The notes beneath the pieces are model-generated. The model saw nothing but the letters and a program-made list of their open reading frames with translations, searched no databases and was not told the DNA's origin. From Paracoccaceae bacterium (lineage in GTDB: Bacteria > Pseudomonadota > Alphaproteobacteria > Rhodobacterales > Rhodobacteraceae): a DNA stretch of 64,000 nucleotides. Both the position numbers and the translations under genes were made by a program. The stretch lies in contig CBDCCF010000001.1 of assembly GCA_965214695.1 (NCBI GenBank), positions 18,838 through 82,837 of the forward strand, in the 5' to 3' direction. Shown one piece after another: positions 9,612 to 19,129 of the stretch. Positions within the stretch are counted from its first letter, which is position 1; every line of letters starts with the position of its first letter.

Positions 9612-10719
9612 GCTTTGGTTCCTGTAGTGGTGCTGACGCGGGGTCGTGGCCGGCGGCCAGCCTCTTGATGATTACGCGGTAGCCCTGGTCGGCCCAGCGC
9701 TGCGCTGTTTTGTTCGCTGCCCTGGCGCCGGGTTCGTCGGCGTCGGGCCAAAGGGTGATTGTGTCGAAGTAGCCGGGTTGGATGCGGGCGTAGCTTGTGC
9801 CGGCGCAGACGGCTACGAGGGCGGGTTCGGTTGCGTAGCGGAGGATGCGCAGGCCGTCGGCGAGGCCTTCGCAAATGTGCAGGGCGTTGGCTGCGACATG
9901 GAGCCGGCCGCGCCAGAGGAGGCCGTAGAATGGGCCTGCGCCGTATGTACGTTTGTCGGCGTTGTCCTGCCAGTGTCGGGCTTTGCCGCCGGTTTTGTCG
10001 ATGGCGACGAGCTGTATTTTGCGCGGAGGCGCCGCGGGGTTGTCGAGCGGACGCATTGCCATGACCAGGGCGCCGGCGGCGGTGCTGTCCGGGTGGCCGC
10101 GGGGAAATTTGCGATGGTTGCGGGGGAGCCATCGTATCGATTCGGGCAATGGTTCGGCGGGGGCCCAGAGGCTGCGTTTTGCGATCCACTTTGACGCGGG
10201 ATGTTGGGAGGCGGGCCCCGTCGTGGATGCTTGCGCGGCGGCCCACAGTTCGGCGGCGTAGGCGTTCGTATCTTTGCTCTGGCCCGGTCCTGAGCGGCCC
10301 TGAGCGCCGTTTTCGGCGTTTTTGGGGCTGAGATACCTTTTTGCCCGTTCAGGCCGCCTGAGATTGCCTGAGGCTTGTTGAGCGCCTTGCGGCGGCGCTG
10401 CGTCTGTGCCCGGGGGCGGCTGGCCGGCACGAAAGGCGGCGAAGCAGGCGTCGCAGCGGCAGAGCCAGAGGCCGGTTACCTGCTGGAGGGCGTGGCGGAT
10501 GGCGATTGAATCGCAGTTGCGGCTGTGGCAGTGGACGCGCAGGGGGAACTCGCCGGGGCGGTCGCCGTCCTGGAAGGAGAGGGCGGTCTTGTTGTCACCG
10601 CCGTGGCAGATGGCGGTCGATGTGCGGTACCAGCCACCGGATGTGGTATGGGGGAAGGGCAGCCTGGCCGCTACCTCGGCAGCGGTTGCAATCGGGATAT
10701 GGTTTGTATTTGTGTGCAT
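9604..10719 (-). CDS. Toprim-domain primase-like protein with an N-terminal Cys/His zinc-binding region
   Basis: Zinc-finger-like CHGGDNKTALSF...HCHSRNCD. Toprim motifs ICEGLADGL and WPDADEPGARAA. Confidence 0.72.
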   Translation of the reverse strand: MHTNTNHIPIATAAEVAARLPFPHTTSGGWYRTSTAICHGGDNKTALSFQDGDRPGEFPLRVHCHSRNCDSIAIRHALQQVTGLWLCRCDACFAAFRAGQPPPGTDAAPPQGAQQASGNLRRPERAKRYLSPKNAENGAQGRSGPGQSKDTNAYAAELWAAAQASTTGPASQHPASKWIAKRSLWAPAEPLPESIRWLPRNHRKFPRGHPDSTAAGALVMAMRPLDNPAAPPRKIQLVAIDKTGGKARHWQDNADKRTYGAGPFYGLLWRGRLHVAANALHICEGLADGLRILRYATEPALVAVCAGTSYARIQPGYFDTITLWPDADEPGARAANKTAQRWADQGYRVIIKRLAAGHDPASAPLQEPKHE

Positions 10720-10768
10720 ATATATTACAGTTGCAGGTGAGATCGATAGGGTCTTGTGTGCTGATTTG

Positions 10769-10812
10769 GCCCCGCTCCGGAGGCAGCCGGAACGGGGCTT
10801 TTCTTTTTGTTT
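10769..10812 (+). terminator. intrinsic-terminator-like hairpin plus T-run, oriented on the plus strand
   Basis: GCCCCGCTCCGG-aggcag-CCGGAACGGGGC followed by TTTTCTTTTTGTTT. It lies between the minus-strand RHH and primase genes. Confidence 0.5.
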
Positions 10813-10842
10813 ATGGACAAACGGTGTACAGAGCCCGGGCGG

Positions 10843-11070
10843 CTATTGCTTGGTTTCCTGTTCTTCTACCCGGGCGGCCGCGTGCAGCAGAGCGTCGCGC
10901 ACGAAGTCGGAGAAGCGTTGTTCGCTCGCTTCAGCGGCGGCGATGATGCGGCGTTTGTCACTGGCGGTTACGCCGACCGAGATCTGGGCCGTTTTTCTGA
11001 AGTCGGCGGAATTTCTGACTCTTGGATTCTGTGCGGTCTTCGGATGGGGTGAGTCACTCTTGGTTTGCAT
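10843..11070 (-). CDS. ribbon-helix-helix (CopG/MobC-like) DNA-binding protein
   Basis: 75-aa ORF. The RHH-like segment ISVGVTASDKRRIIAAAEASEQRFSDFVRDALL sits upstream of the primase operon. Confidence 0.55.
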   Translation of the reverse strand: MQTKSDSPHPKTAQNPRVRNSADFRKTAQISVGVTASDKRRIIAAAEASEQRFSDFVRDALLHAAARVEEQETKQ

Positions 11071-11209
11071 GAGCGTTCTCTCTTCAAGGTATCTGCGTGC
11101 GTGGTACGGGGTGCGTGATTGTCTAACTTAAGATCAATAGCATGGATTGGGAAACTGATCAAGTGGGATTTTTGTTTGGTATAGAAGAGAGTTTGTGCTA
11201 TTTCGGGCA

Positions 11210-11368
11210 GGGGATTAACGGCAGGGATTAGGGGATAGGGGTCAGGGGTTAGGGAAAGGGCGAGTCTCAGTGCGGGGATAGCGTATAGGGCGAAGGCAGG
11301 GGCGCCACAAGGGGTCTCCCTACGGGCGGGGGTAGTTCGATTCTGCCTGCGGGCATCCAGCAGTTGTC
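11210..11368 (+). repeat. composite intergenic element: heptamer G-tract repeats, CACAAGG hairpin motif and a tRNA-like T-arm
   Basis: Tandem heptamers GGGATTA GGGGATA GGGGTCA GGGGTTA GGGAAAG (11224-11258), then GGCGCCACAAGGGGTCTCCCTAC. After that comes GGTAG-TTCGATT-CTGCC (canonical T-loop) plus TGCGGGCA. A homologous element lies at 25393-25500. Confidence 0.6.
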
Positions 11369-11405
11369 AGACTTTTGAACAGTCTTTGCCAAATGGAGGC
11401 GGAAC

Positions 11406-11675
11406 CTAGTAGCTGTCAACGAGGTCGGGCTGGAGCTGGAGCGCCTGGTCATAGTCGGTGATGGCGTACTGGTATTGACCGAGGTGGGCCTTAGCAACAC
11501 CCCGATGGACGTAGATGCTGGCTTTGTCAGGCTGGAGTTAGGGGGCCTGGCTATAGTCGTCGACGGCATCCTGGTATTGGCCAAGCTTAACCTTTGCGTG
11601 GCCCCGATAGAGGTAGGCGCGGGCATGGTCGGGCTGCAGGCGGAGACGGAGGGTCTGATTCAGGTCAGCGATGTG
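11406..11675 (-). pseudogene. TPR-repeat gene fragment with an in-frame TAA and no start codon
   Basis: The minus frame reads HIADLNQTLRLRLQPDHARAYLYRGHAKVKLGQYQDAVDDYSQAP*LQPDKASIYVHRGVAKAHLGQYQYAITDYDQALQLQPDLVDSY*. These are two 34-aa TPR units. Confidence 0.6.
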
Positions 11676-12187
11676 TAGAGGGAGGTCCTGACTGATGTGG
11701 GCGCCCGCGTCGTTCGTTCAGACATAAGTGGCGGCCGTGGTACACGTCACGGCAACCGCTACGAACCCACCTCATTTCTTGAGAATGCGCATCATATTCG
11801 GTGTCCCGTGTCGCTGCTGTTTCCTGGCGATTGAAACAGGGCCTGGAGGCAGTTGGTGAACTGTGCCATTAACACTTAAGCGCGTAGAAGCGTGCTGCCG
11901 ACATTGCAAATATAATCATCTGCACATATGTTCATATAGATTGCAATGCAACCCGCAATTGTTCTCAACACAATCAAGAGAGTGTCGTTGCAAAGGAGTC
12001 GTGCTTGGTCGGTGTTGGCATTCCAAAAATCAGCCGACTTTTGGGCATGCGGTCCACAAGAGGACGGTTTGAATGCGTGCCGGGAGGGTGATGGCCACAG
12101 TCTGACCCGGATCCAGGTCAACCGGGTTGGTCAGGCTTAACTTCGTCTCGTTTGAGAGGTGGACGTCAACCCTGACCCTTCGCCCAT

Positions 12188-12847
12188 TCAGTCCGCGTCG
12201 CGCGGAAGATAGTCGGGACTGCCAGGAAACATCCCGTGCGATAGGAACGCAATGGTGGACTTGTCAGTGATGCCAGGAATCTCCGCTGCAAGAGTTATCG
12301 TACCTTCTTCTTGAGAAAACGTCACTTCGATCTCGCTCGACAAGAATTCATGCGAAGTGAATTCTTTGCCATTATGTTCTGCAATGTAGCGACCGCATTT
12401 ATACAAACCTCCTGCAACCATGGGCTCAGCCGGCCAGATCAAGTCGTAGTAAGTGGCTTGAAACCTATAGTCAGGATGACTCATCGGAGTTAGCGGATCT
12501 CCCTCAATGCTGACAAGCACTACCCACTGATTTGCCTCAAGTCTCCAATGTCCGGGATTCTGACTGTAGTGCGCCTCTTCGGGAAGATCGCGAAGGTAGA
12601 AGGTCGCAGTCAGGAGTTCGCCGTTCAATTCAGAACTTACGCCGATTATGTCGCCGGAGCCAAACAAATTCTCGGAAACCTCCCCTTCCACGTTCTGCCC
12701 TGGCGATATGGCGATGTAACCTAGCGGATAGTCGCCGTAAATCGACCGATGATAGGGCCACGGTGGTAGCAATTCGACGCTGTACATCAGGACCACACAC
12801 GCGGCGATCAGCAGCACACAAGCGGCAACCAGCAGCTTTTTCAACAT
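12188..12847 (-). CDS. membrane-anchored hypothetical protein
   Basis: The internal start MLKKLLVAACVLLIAACVVLM gives an N-terminal TM or signal anchor. No family recognised. Confidence 0.55.
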   Translation of the reverse strand: MLKKLLVAACVLLIAACVVLMYSVELLPPWPYHRSIYGDYPLGYIAISPGQNVEGEVSENLFGSGDIIGVSSELNGELLTATFYLRDLPEEAHYSQNPGHWRLEANQWVVLVSIEGDPLTPMSHPDYRFQATYYDLIWPAEPMVAGGLYKCGRYIAEHNGKEFTSHEFLSSEIEVTFSQEEGTITLAAEIPGITDKSTIAFLSHGMFPGSPDYLPRDAD

Positions 12848-12860
12848 CGTTGCTCCCTTC

Positions 12861-13088
12861 CTATTCGAACCACATCCGTAACGATGTTGCGATCGCCCCA
12901 AAGCCGGCCAGGAGCGCCCAGAACGGCATGATGAAGAACAGCACGCTCTGCGCAAAAAGCGGGTTGAAAACCACAATCAGACCAGAGACGATGGTGAAGA
13001 TGCCCATGACCAGACGGCCGAGCGACTTCTTGCCGTTGCGCCCTTCAAAGATCTGAGCCGCCCCTATCAGAAACGCGGCCGGCCCCAT
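12861..13088 (-). CDS. small DUF308/HdeD-like membrane protein
   Basis: 75 aa with 2-3 hydrophobic helices in HdeD style (GIFTIVSGLIVVFNP, ALLAGFGAIATSL). Confidence 0.45.
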   Translation of the reverse strand: MGPAAFLIGAAQIFEGRNGKKSLGRLVMGIFTIVSGLIVVFNPLFAQSVLFFIMPFWALLAGFGAIATSLRMWFE

Positions 13089-13150
13089 GAAATAGGTCAG
13101 CCAAAAGCCGGCGAGCAGCTCCGCTCGCTGCTCACCTGGGCTGCAAGTTA

Positions 13151-16126
13151 CTATTGCTCGAAGTCCTCTGGATACAACGACACGAGGATGTAGCGCTCCA
13201 ATGGCAAGAATGCCGCGGCTGCCGCCTGGATGTCAGCGGCGGTTACGGCCTCTACCTGGCTCTCCACGACCTCAAGGTCGACATAGGCAGCCAGGTCGAC
13301 ATTATCTTTTTCGGTGTAGCGCTCCAAAACGTGCTGCCAGTAACGGTTCTGCTCCAACTGTTCCTCGCGCTGATGTATGATCTGCGCCTTGGCTTTTGCC
13401 AGCAGATCGTCCCTGGGGCCGTCGGTCTGCAGTTCTGCGATCAGTCCGAAAAGGAGTTTCACCAGCTCCTGCGCCCGTTCCGGATCGCTGCCGAAGGAAA
13501 AGGAGATTTCGTAGAGGCCGTCGGGCTCGGGTTTCATCGAGGCCCATACGCTTGATGTGTATACGCCGCTCCGCTTCTCTCGCAACTCTTCCCGCATCAG
13601 GATGTCTAGAACTGTCTCCAACATGCGCAGGCGCAGACGGTTTTTCAGCGTATCTTCGCCGGGACCGGTGAACAGGATCTGGGTGAAGCTCTGCTCCTCC
13701 TGACCGCGGTAGACCGGCAGTTCGACGATTCCCGCCGGCGGATCCGGGGAGACGTCCTGCCAGGTTTCGACGCGATGCAGTGACGGCAGATTGCCCAGGT
13801 AGATCTGCGACCAGTCAACCATCTGCTCGACGTCGAAGTTGCCGACAAAGAGGAATGTGAAGTCGCTGAAGTCGGCGAATCGCTCCTGGTAGATGGAGAA
13901 GGCGCGCTCCGGGTCAAGCGATTCGATCATCTCCAGCGTCGGGACGGCGTGGCGGATCGACTTGCCGTAACGGGCTTCGGTGACGGCATCCATCAACGCG
14001 ACGTAAGGCATGAGTTCACGGTTGCGCAGGCCCTCGGTGGTCTGATCCTTGACGGTGGCAAAGGCGTCCTCGTCTGCGCGGGGCGCGGTGCCGTAGAGAT
14101 AGACCAGCTGGAAAACTGTTTCGACGTGATCTTTGCCGGCCTGACCGTAGAATCCCTCCTCCAACTCATAGATGAACGGGGTGACTCTGACCGACCGCTC
14201 GGCCAGCAGCCGCTGCAGCGCCGCGTAGCTGACGTCGCCGACGCCGCTCTGGTAGATGATGTTGTTGATGAAGTGCGCTTCCGGATAGTCTTCATCGGTG
14301 ACCAGCGAGGAGCCGCCGGGGCTGGTAGCGCTGAACAGCACCTCCTCTTCCTTGAACGCGGTTGGCTTTAGCAGTACCCGCACGCCGTTGGCGAGGGTCA
14401 GGTCGGTGATGTTGTAGGCTTCGTCGGTACGCCGTGAGATGATATCGGCCGGTTGCGGGATGTCGGTCAGGAGGGTTGTGACGGCTTCGATGTCCTGGTA
14501 GGGATCGATCTGTTTGGCCTGTACCGCCTCGATGACGACGGCCAGCTCCTCCTGGCTGGACAAGCTGCCGGCCTCCCGCTGCGGGCCGATGATCAGCACT
14601 GAGCGATTGCCCGTACCCACATATTGATCCGCCAGCCGGTTGACCTCGGCGGGCGTGATCTCCGGCAGCAGCCGCTCTACCAGTCGATACTCGAAGGCAA
14701 TACCGGGGACGGGCTCGTCCTGCAGGAAGTTGCGGCTGTATTCTCTAGCCAGGGTGTGACTGTCCAGGTTTTCGCGGGCATTGAACGGACGCTCGTAGGC
14801 GTTCAACAGTTCAGATCTGGCCCGCTCCAGTTCGGCGGCGGTGAAGCCGTGACGGCGCACCCGTTCTATTTCTGTCAGGGCCGCGCCCAGGCCGGAGAGA
14901 ACCTCGCCCGGGCGCGCATGCACGGCGACATCCTGGGAATAGACATTCCGCACCAGCTGGCCTTCGGTTACGAAAGCGCCCAGAAAGGGGGAATCGGCTT
15001 CTCTGGCGATATCGTTGAGCCGGTAGTTCAGCATCATGTAGAACAGGCGGCCGATGATGGTGTCTCTGTAGGCAGCAAGGGTGCCCGGTTCGCCGACGGG
15101 CAGTTTGTAGTTGATCTGGGCAAATGTCAGCGGCATTTCGGGATCTGTGAAGATCAGATAGCGGGTATCGCTATGATCCGGCACAGAATATGTGAGTCGG
15201 GGCCGGGGACTTTGCGGCGCCGACAACCCGCTGAAGTGCTCGATGATCTTCGTTTCCATGTCGTCCGCATCGATATCGCCCACTACGATCACCGCCATCA
15301 GATCGGGGCGGTACCAGTCACGGTAGAAACGGCGCAACGTTTCCGCCGGCGCGTTGCGGATGATCTCCAGTTCGCCGATCGGACTCCGCTCAGCGTAGCG
15401 GGATTCGCCCAGCAGGAAGGGGATAAGCTGCTTGTTCAGGCGGCCAAAGACGTTTTGGTTCCGCAGGCGTTCCTCTTCGAGGATGACGCCGCGTTCTTTG
15501 TCTACTTCCTCATCGGAGATGGTGGCGCGGCCGGCCCAGTCCTCGGTCACCTGGAATGCGGTGTTGATGATCGCTTCGTCGTCGGTGGGAAACTCCAGGA
15601 AGTAGACCGTCTCTTCGTAGGATGTATAGGCGTTTACATCGCCCCCGAAGGACATACCGATGCTTTCGAAGTAGTCGACCAGCGCCTGTTTGGGGAAGCG
15701 CTCGGTGCCGTTGAACATCATGTGTTCGAGAAAGTGGGCCAACCCGAGTTGGTCGTCATCCTCCTGGACGGAACCGGCGTTGACGACCAGCATCAGGGTG
15801 GCGCGGTTGGCCGGCTCTGTATTGTGACGAATGTAGTAGGTCAATCCGTTATCCAGTTGCGCTTTGCGGATGCTTGGGTCCATGGGCAGGACTGCAGCCA
15901 TGTCCAGCGTTTCGCTTGCGGGGTCCAGGAAGGTTTGCGCCTGTTCGGTCTTCATTGCCAGCGTAGCGGCGGCAGGTTCGATGGGTTGACAGCCGCCGCC
16001 GAGCACTGTAAACAGCAGAAGAATTCCAGCCAGCATCTTCACCTTACTCGCTTTTCGGCCGGGGATTGTTCCGTCGCACCGGTTCTTTGCAGAAGTTGCA
16101 TACTGTGAAGTCACCGTCTTATTCAT
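13151..16126 (-). CDS. M16-family (insulinase/pitrilysin-like) zinc peptidase, double-length (PqqL-like)
   Basis: HFLEHMMFNG (HxxEH) plus a downstream NAYTSYEETVYF glutamate. 991 aa, consistent with two M16 active/inactive pairs. N-terminal lipobox LGGGC. Confidence 0.9.
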   Translation of the reverse strand: MNKTVTSQYATSAKNRCDGTIPGRKASKVKMLAGILLLFTVLGGGCQPIEPAAATLAMKTEQAQTFLDPASETLDMAAVLPMDPSIRKAQLDNGLTYYIRHNTEPANRATLMLVVNAGSVQEDDDQLGLAHFLEHMMFNGTERFPKQALVDYFESIGMSFGGDVNAYTSYEETVYFLEFPTDDEAIINTAFQVTEDWAGRATISDEEVDKERGVILEEERLRNQNVFGRLNKQLIPFLLGESRYAERSPIGELEIIRNAPAETLRRFYRDWYRPDLMAVIVVGDIDADDMETKIIEHFSGLSAPQSPRPRLTYSVPDHSDTRYLIFTDPEMPLTFAQINYKLPVGEPGTLAAYRDTIIGRLFYMMLNYRLNDIAREADSPFLGAFVTEGQLVRNVYSQDVAVHARPGEVLSGLGAALTEIERVRRHGFTAAELERARSELLNAYERPFNARENLDSHTLAREYSRNFLQDEPVPGIAFEYRLVERLLPEITPAEVNRLADQYVGTGNRSVLIIGPQREAGSLSSQEELAVVIEAVQAKQIDPYQDIEAVTTLLTDIPQPADIISRRTDEAYNITDLTLANGVRVLLKPTAFKEEEVLFSATSPGGSSLVTDEDYPEAHFINNIIYQSGVGDVSYAALQRLLAERSVRVTPFIYELEEGFYGQAGKDHVETVFQLVYLYGTAPRADEDAFATVKDQTTEGLRNRELMPYVALMDAVTEARYGKSIRHAVPTLEMIESLDPERAFSIYQERFADFSDFTFLFVGNFDVEQMVDWSQIYLGNLPSLHRVETWQDVSPDPPAGIVELPVYRGQEEQSFTQILFTGPGEDTLKNRLRLRMLETVLDILMREELREKRSGVYTSSVWASMKPEPDGLYEISFSFGSDPERAQELVKLLFGLIAELQTDGPRDDLLAKAKAQIIHQREEQLEQNRYWQHVLERYTEKDNVDLAAYVDLEVVESQVEAVTAADIQAAAAAFLPLERYILVSLYPEDFEQ

Positions 16127-16454
16127 GATCGACTCCTTGAAATAATGCAGGGCCTTCGCTCAGTCTGCGGGAAGGTCGGGATAGAAGTGTTGCGAAGTCG
16201 ACTTCGCAGATGATCGCTGCGCGGGTCTGCGGGAACGGGGCAGTTGGCTTCTTGCGTAGGGCAGCGTGGCATTTCAGGGAAAGCCGAGCATGATAACAAC
16301 AAGCGAGCCATGGGTTTCTCTTTTCGTGACAGGCTCTGCACAGAAGCCACTGTGTGCTCCTACATAATAGTAGGTAATGATTTGTGGTCGATCTGGCACA
16401 GGGCGGGTTGGTATGGGTTCTGCATACGTCCACACAATCTTTGTATATGACGGG

Positions 16455-17000
16455 TCATTCAGAGTATGCGACAAAGAGCAGGAAAAGATTCTTAGTGCAA
16501 CCAATCGATTCAGACTTATCAGCAAACTCTTCGTTAGACGCTCCCTCAATCAGAAACAGGAGTAAGGAGGTAGGGTCATAATCATACTCCTGCTTGCCTA
16601 TCGCCATGATGATGCCAAGGTAGTCTGTAATTGGCTCATAATCCATATATGGTTCAATCCACTCGCCACAGTTGAGTTGAGCTTGGACAAAGAGGGGATA
16701 TAGCTCTTCTTCAAAAGCGACGAGCTCTGATGCCGTCGGGCCTTGCCTTTTGTTCGCCATCATATCGGCCATAAACAGTAGTGAGTGGAGCATTTCCCAA
16801 GCTCTGCAATCTGTGTCAGGAAGAGTGGGAGCAGGGCTACCACCATGCATAACGCAATCGACTGGCTGAATGGTTGCGGTGGGCGTATGGACAGGTTGAG
16901 AAATCGGCGTAGAAGTCAATGCTACCGGCGGGTCCTGCGGTATGGGCACACAGGCGGTAATCAATACCGCGATCCCGACAATCAGAAGTTTCCTCAACAT
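16455..17000 (-). CDS. hypothetical lipoprotein
   Basis: The internal start MLRKLLIVGIAVLITACVP (lipobox) is used. The longer ORF N-terminus looks noncoding. Confidence 0.5.
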   Translation of the reverse strand: MLRKLLIVGIAVLITACVPIPQDPPVALTSTPISQPVHTPTATIQPVDCVMHGGSPAPTLPDTDCRAWEMLHSLLFMADMMANKRQGPTASELVAFEEELYPLFVQAQLNCGEWIEPYMDYEPITDYLGIIMAIGKQEYDYDPTSLLLFLIEGASNEEFADKSESIGCTKNLFLLFVAYSE

Positions 17001-17421
17001 GGTGTTTTCTCCTGTGATCTGTTTGGCTGCCGCGTCATCCGTCAGGGCGAAGCGTTCCCGGACGGCAGTTCCGTCACAAGGTCGGCGAAAAGAAAATTGT
17101 GCAGGAAAGGCGGCCCGGCATCGAAAGCAGGGGCTCGGTTGTGGCAAAAGGACGCCTCAGTAAAGCGGGAAGCCGCTGGCAAAATCAATCGCGACGCCCA
17201 CAATCAGCGCCGTCAGGATAACGACTGACAGTTTGTAGAACCGATCGCAGGTCCGTCATTCCCAGCTGACTCGTTTCGGGAACCACCGGCGTAGCCGGCT
17301 CTTGACTCATTGGGAGTTCTCCTATGGCTGAAATCGAACTCAGTGTCCTGCATCGACTGTCAACTAGCGTTTCACCACGACAGTGATTTGCAGATATATG
17401 CGCCGGATTTCGGACGTTGAT

Positions 17422-17667
17422 TCAGGCGCAGTGGCCGTCTATAAAACGAATGAGCGCACTTATCGACGTACCTGTCGCTGCTATCATTCCGAGGGATGCG
17501 AGTGCGAGCGGATAGAGACGCTGCTTCGCATCAACAGTCCTTCTCGACGAACGGTATTCCTTATACATGGTCACGAATACCCCGACCACGGTACCAAAGG
17601 CAAATGTAGTAAACGTAACCAGGCCTAACTCAACCATAGATAATCTCCTTGCTGATGATCGCATCAA
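17422..17667 (-). CDS. small two-TM membrane protein
   Basis: 81-aa ORF with two hydrophobic helices. Confidence 0.35.
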   Translation of the reverse strand: MMRSSARRLSMVELGLVTFTTFAFGTVVGVFVTMYKEYRSSRRTVDAKQRLYPLALASLGMIAATGTSISALIRFIDGHCA

Positions 17668-17705
17668 AGTCGAACGCCTTTATACGTCAATAGCAAATTG
17701 CTGGA

Positions 17706-19109
17706 CTACCAGTCCGGTCCTGCGGCGGCAATACGCAGCGGCGGGTAGTGGGTGTTGGCGAGGCTGTGGTCCCCGGATTCAGCGACGATACGCCACATGT
17801 TCCGGGTCATGGCCTGGATTCTGTGGGCATGGGCCAGGTCCTGTGCCAGATTGTTCATCTCGAAGGGGTCTGCGGCGAGGTTGTAGAGCTCGTCGTAGTC
17901 GAAGCCGTTGTGGACGAATTTCCAGTCTCCGTCCCACAGGATGCGCTGGGTGAGCGTGTAGCGGCCGCCGTAGTATTCGGCGAAGCCCTGCTGGCAGTCG
18001 GCGGTGTCGTGCGGGCTGGTCAGCACGGGCGCAAAGGAGCCACCGTCGATGTCTTCCAGCGGCTGCGCGCCGGCCAGCTCCAGAAGTGTCTGGCCGACGT
18101 CCTGCAGGCCGACGCGGGCGTCGCTAACCGCCGATTCGGCTACGCCAGGCCCGGCCACGACGAGAGGAATGTTGTATATCTCTTCAAAGGCGCCGATGTT
18201 CTTGCAGTACGACCCGTGCGCGCCGAGAAGTTCGCCGTGATCCGATGTCATCACCACAATCGTATTGTCGAGTTGGCCCGCGCGTTCCACGCGCGCCAGA
18301 AGGCGCCCGAATTGCCGGTCGATCTCGCTGATGGAGGCGTAGTAGCAGGCGGCAGCCTCGCGGTGTTCGCGGTCGGTCCAGTCGCGCCACACCTGCGCGG
18401 CCCGCTTGTAGAGATTGGGCTGGCCGCGCAGGTCGTGGTGGACGTTAGGCTGCAGTGGGATCGAGTCCACATCGTACTGTGCGAAGGCGTCCTGGTGGCA
18501 GTAGAAGGGGTCGTGGGGTTCGGTGAAGCTGACGAAACAGCACCAGGGCGCGCTTTCGGCCAGGGCCGTGTCCAGGTAGGCGAGCGCGGCGTCGGTCTTC
18601 TTGCCCATTCCGCGCTGGCCGGCCGGCAGATCACAGACGCCGTAGAAGCGGTTGGGACGGTAGCCGGACGGGCCGTGCAGATAGCGTTCCAGCGAGAAGC
18701 TGGCGGCGTCCCAGTCGGGGCGATCCGAGAGAGCGCCCTGCTCTTGCCAGCCGAAGCGGGCGAGGTTGTTGGAGCGTTCCACATGCCATTTGCCGAAGTA
18801 GCCGGTGTCGTAGCCGGCTGCGGTCAGCTGATCGGCCCAGTGGAGATAGGGCGTGCGCAGCCTTGCCTGGTCGGCATCGACGGTGTGCTCGACAAAGAGG
18901 ACGCCGTGGTTGTGGGGCAGGAGGCCGGTCATCAGGCTGGCGCGGGCGGGCGAGCAGACGGCGTTGGGCGTGTAGGCGCGGCGGAAGCGGACGCCTCTGG
19001 CGGCCAGCCGGTCCAGGTTGGGGATCTGGCAGGGGTTGTCCGGTTCGAGGACGCGGCCTTGCATCTGGTCGGTCATGAGGAAGAGGATGTTGGGAGAAGA
19101 CATGTGCAT
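17706..19109 (-). CDS. sulfatase (formylglycine-dependent arylsulfatase family)
   Basis: NILFLMTDQ metal-binding start and CSPARASLMTG (CxPxR) formylglycine motif. Start placed at MHMSSPNILF. Confidence 0.9.
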   Translation of the reverse strand: MHMSSPNILFLMTDQMQGRVLEPDNPCQIPNLDRLAARGVRFRRAYTPNAVCSPARASLMTGLLPHNHGVLFVEHTVDADQARLRTPYLHWADQLTAAGYDTGYFGKWHVERSNNLARFGWQEQGALSDRPDWDAASFSLERYLHGPSGYRPNRFYGVCDLPAGQRGMGKKTDAALAYLDTALAESAPWCCFVSFTEPHDPFYCHQDAFAQYDVDSIPLQPNVHHDLRGQPNLYKRAAQVWRDWTDREHREAAACYYASISEIDRQFGRLLARVERAGQLDNTIVVMTSDHGELLGAHGSYCKNIGAFEEIYNIPLVVAGPGVAESAVSDARVGLQDVGQTLLELAGAQPLEDIDGGSFAPVLTSPHDTADCQQGFAEYYGGRYTLTQRILWDGDWKFVHNGFDYDELYNLAADPFEMNNLAQDLAHAHRIQAMTRNMWRIVAESGDHSLANTHYPPLRIAAAGPDW

Positions 19110-19129
19110 GACTCCATTTGGTCTCACCG

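Noticed and set aside
11290-11368. tRNA gene
   Set aside because: Only a T-arm and an acceptor-like 3' strand are present. No complementary 5' acceptor strand, D-arm or anticodon arm can be drawn upstream.
14624-16108. 494-aa plus-strand ORF
   Set aside because: It is antisense to the M16 peptidase gene and is a shadow ORF with no motifs.
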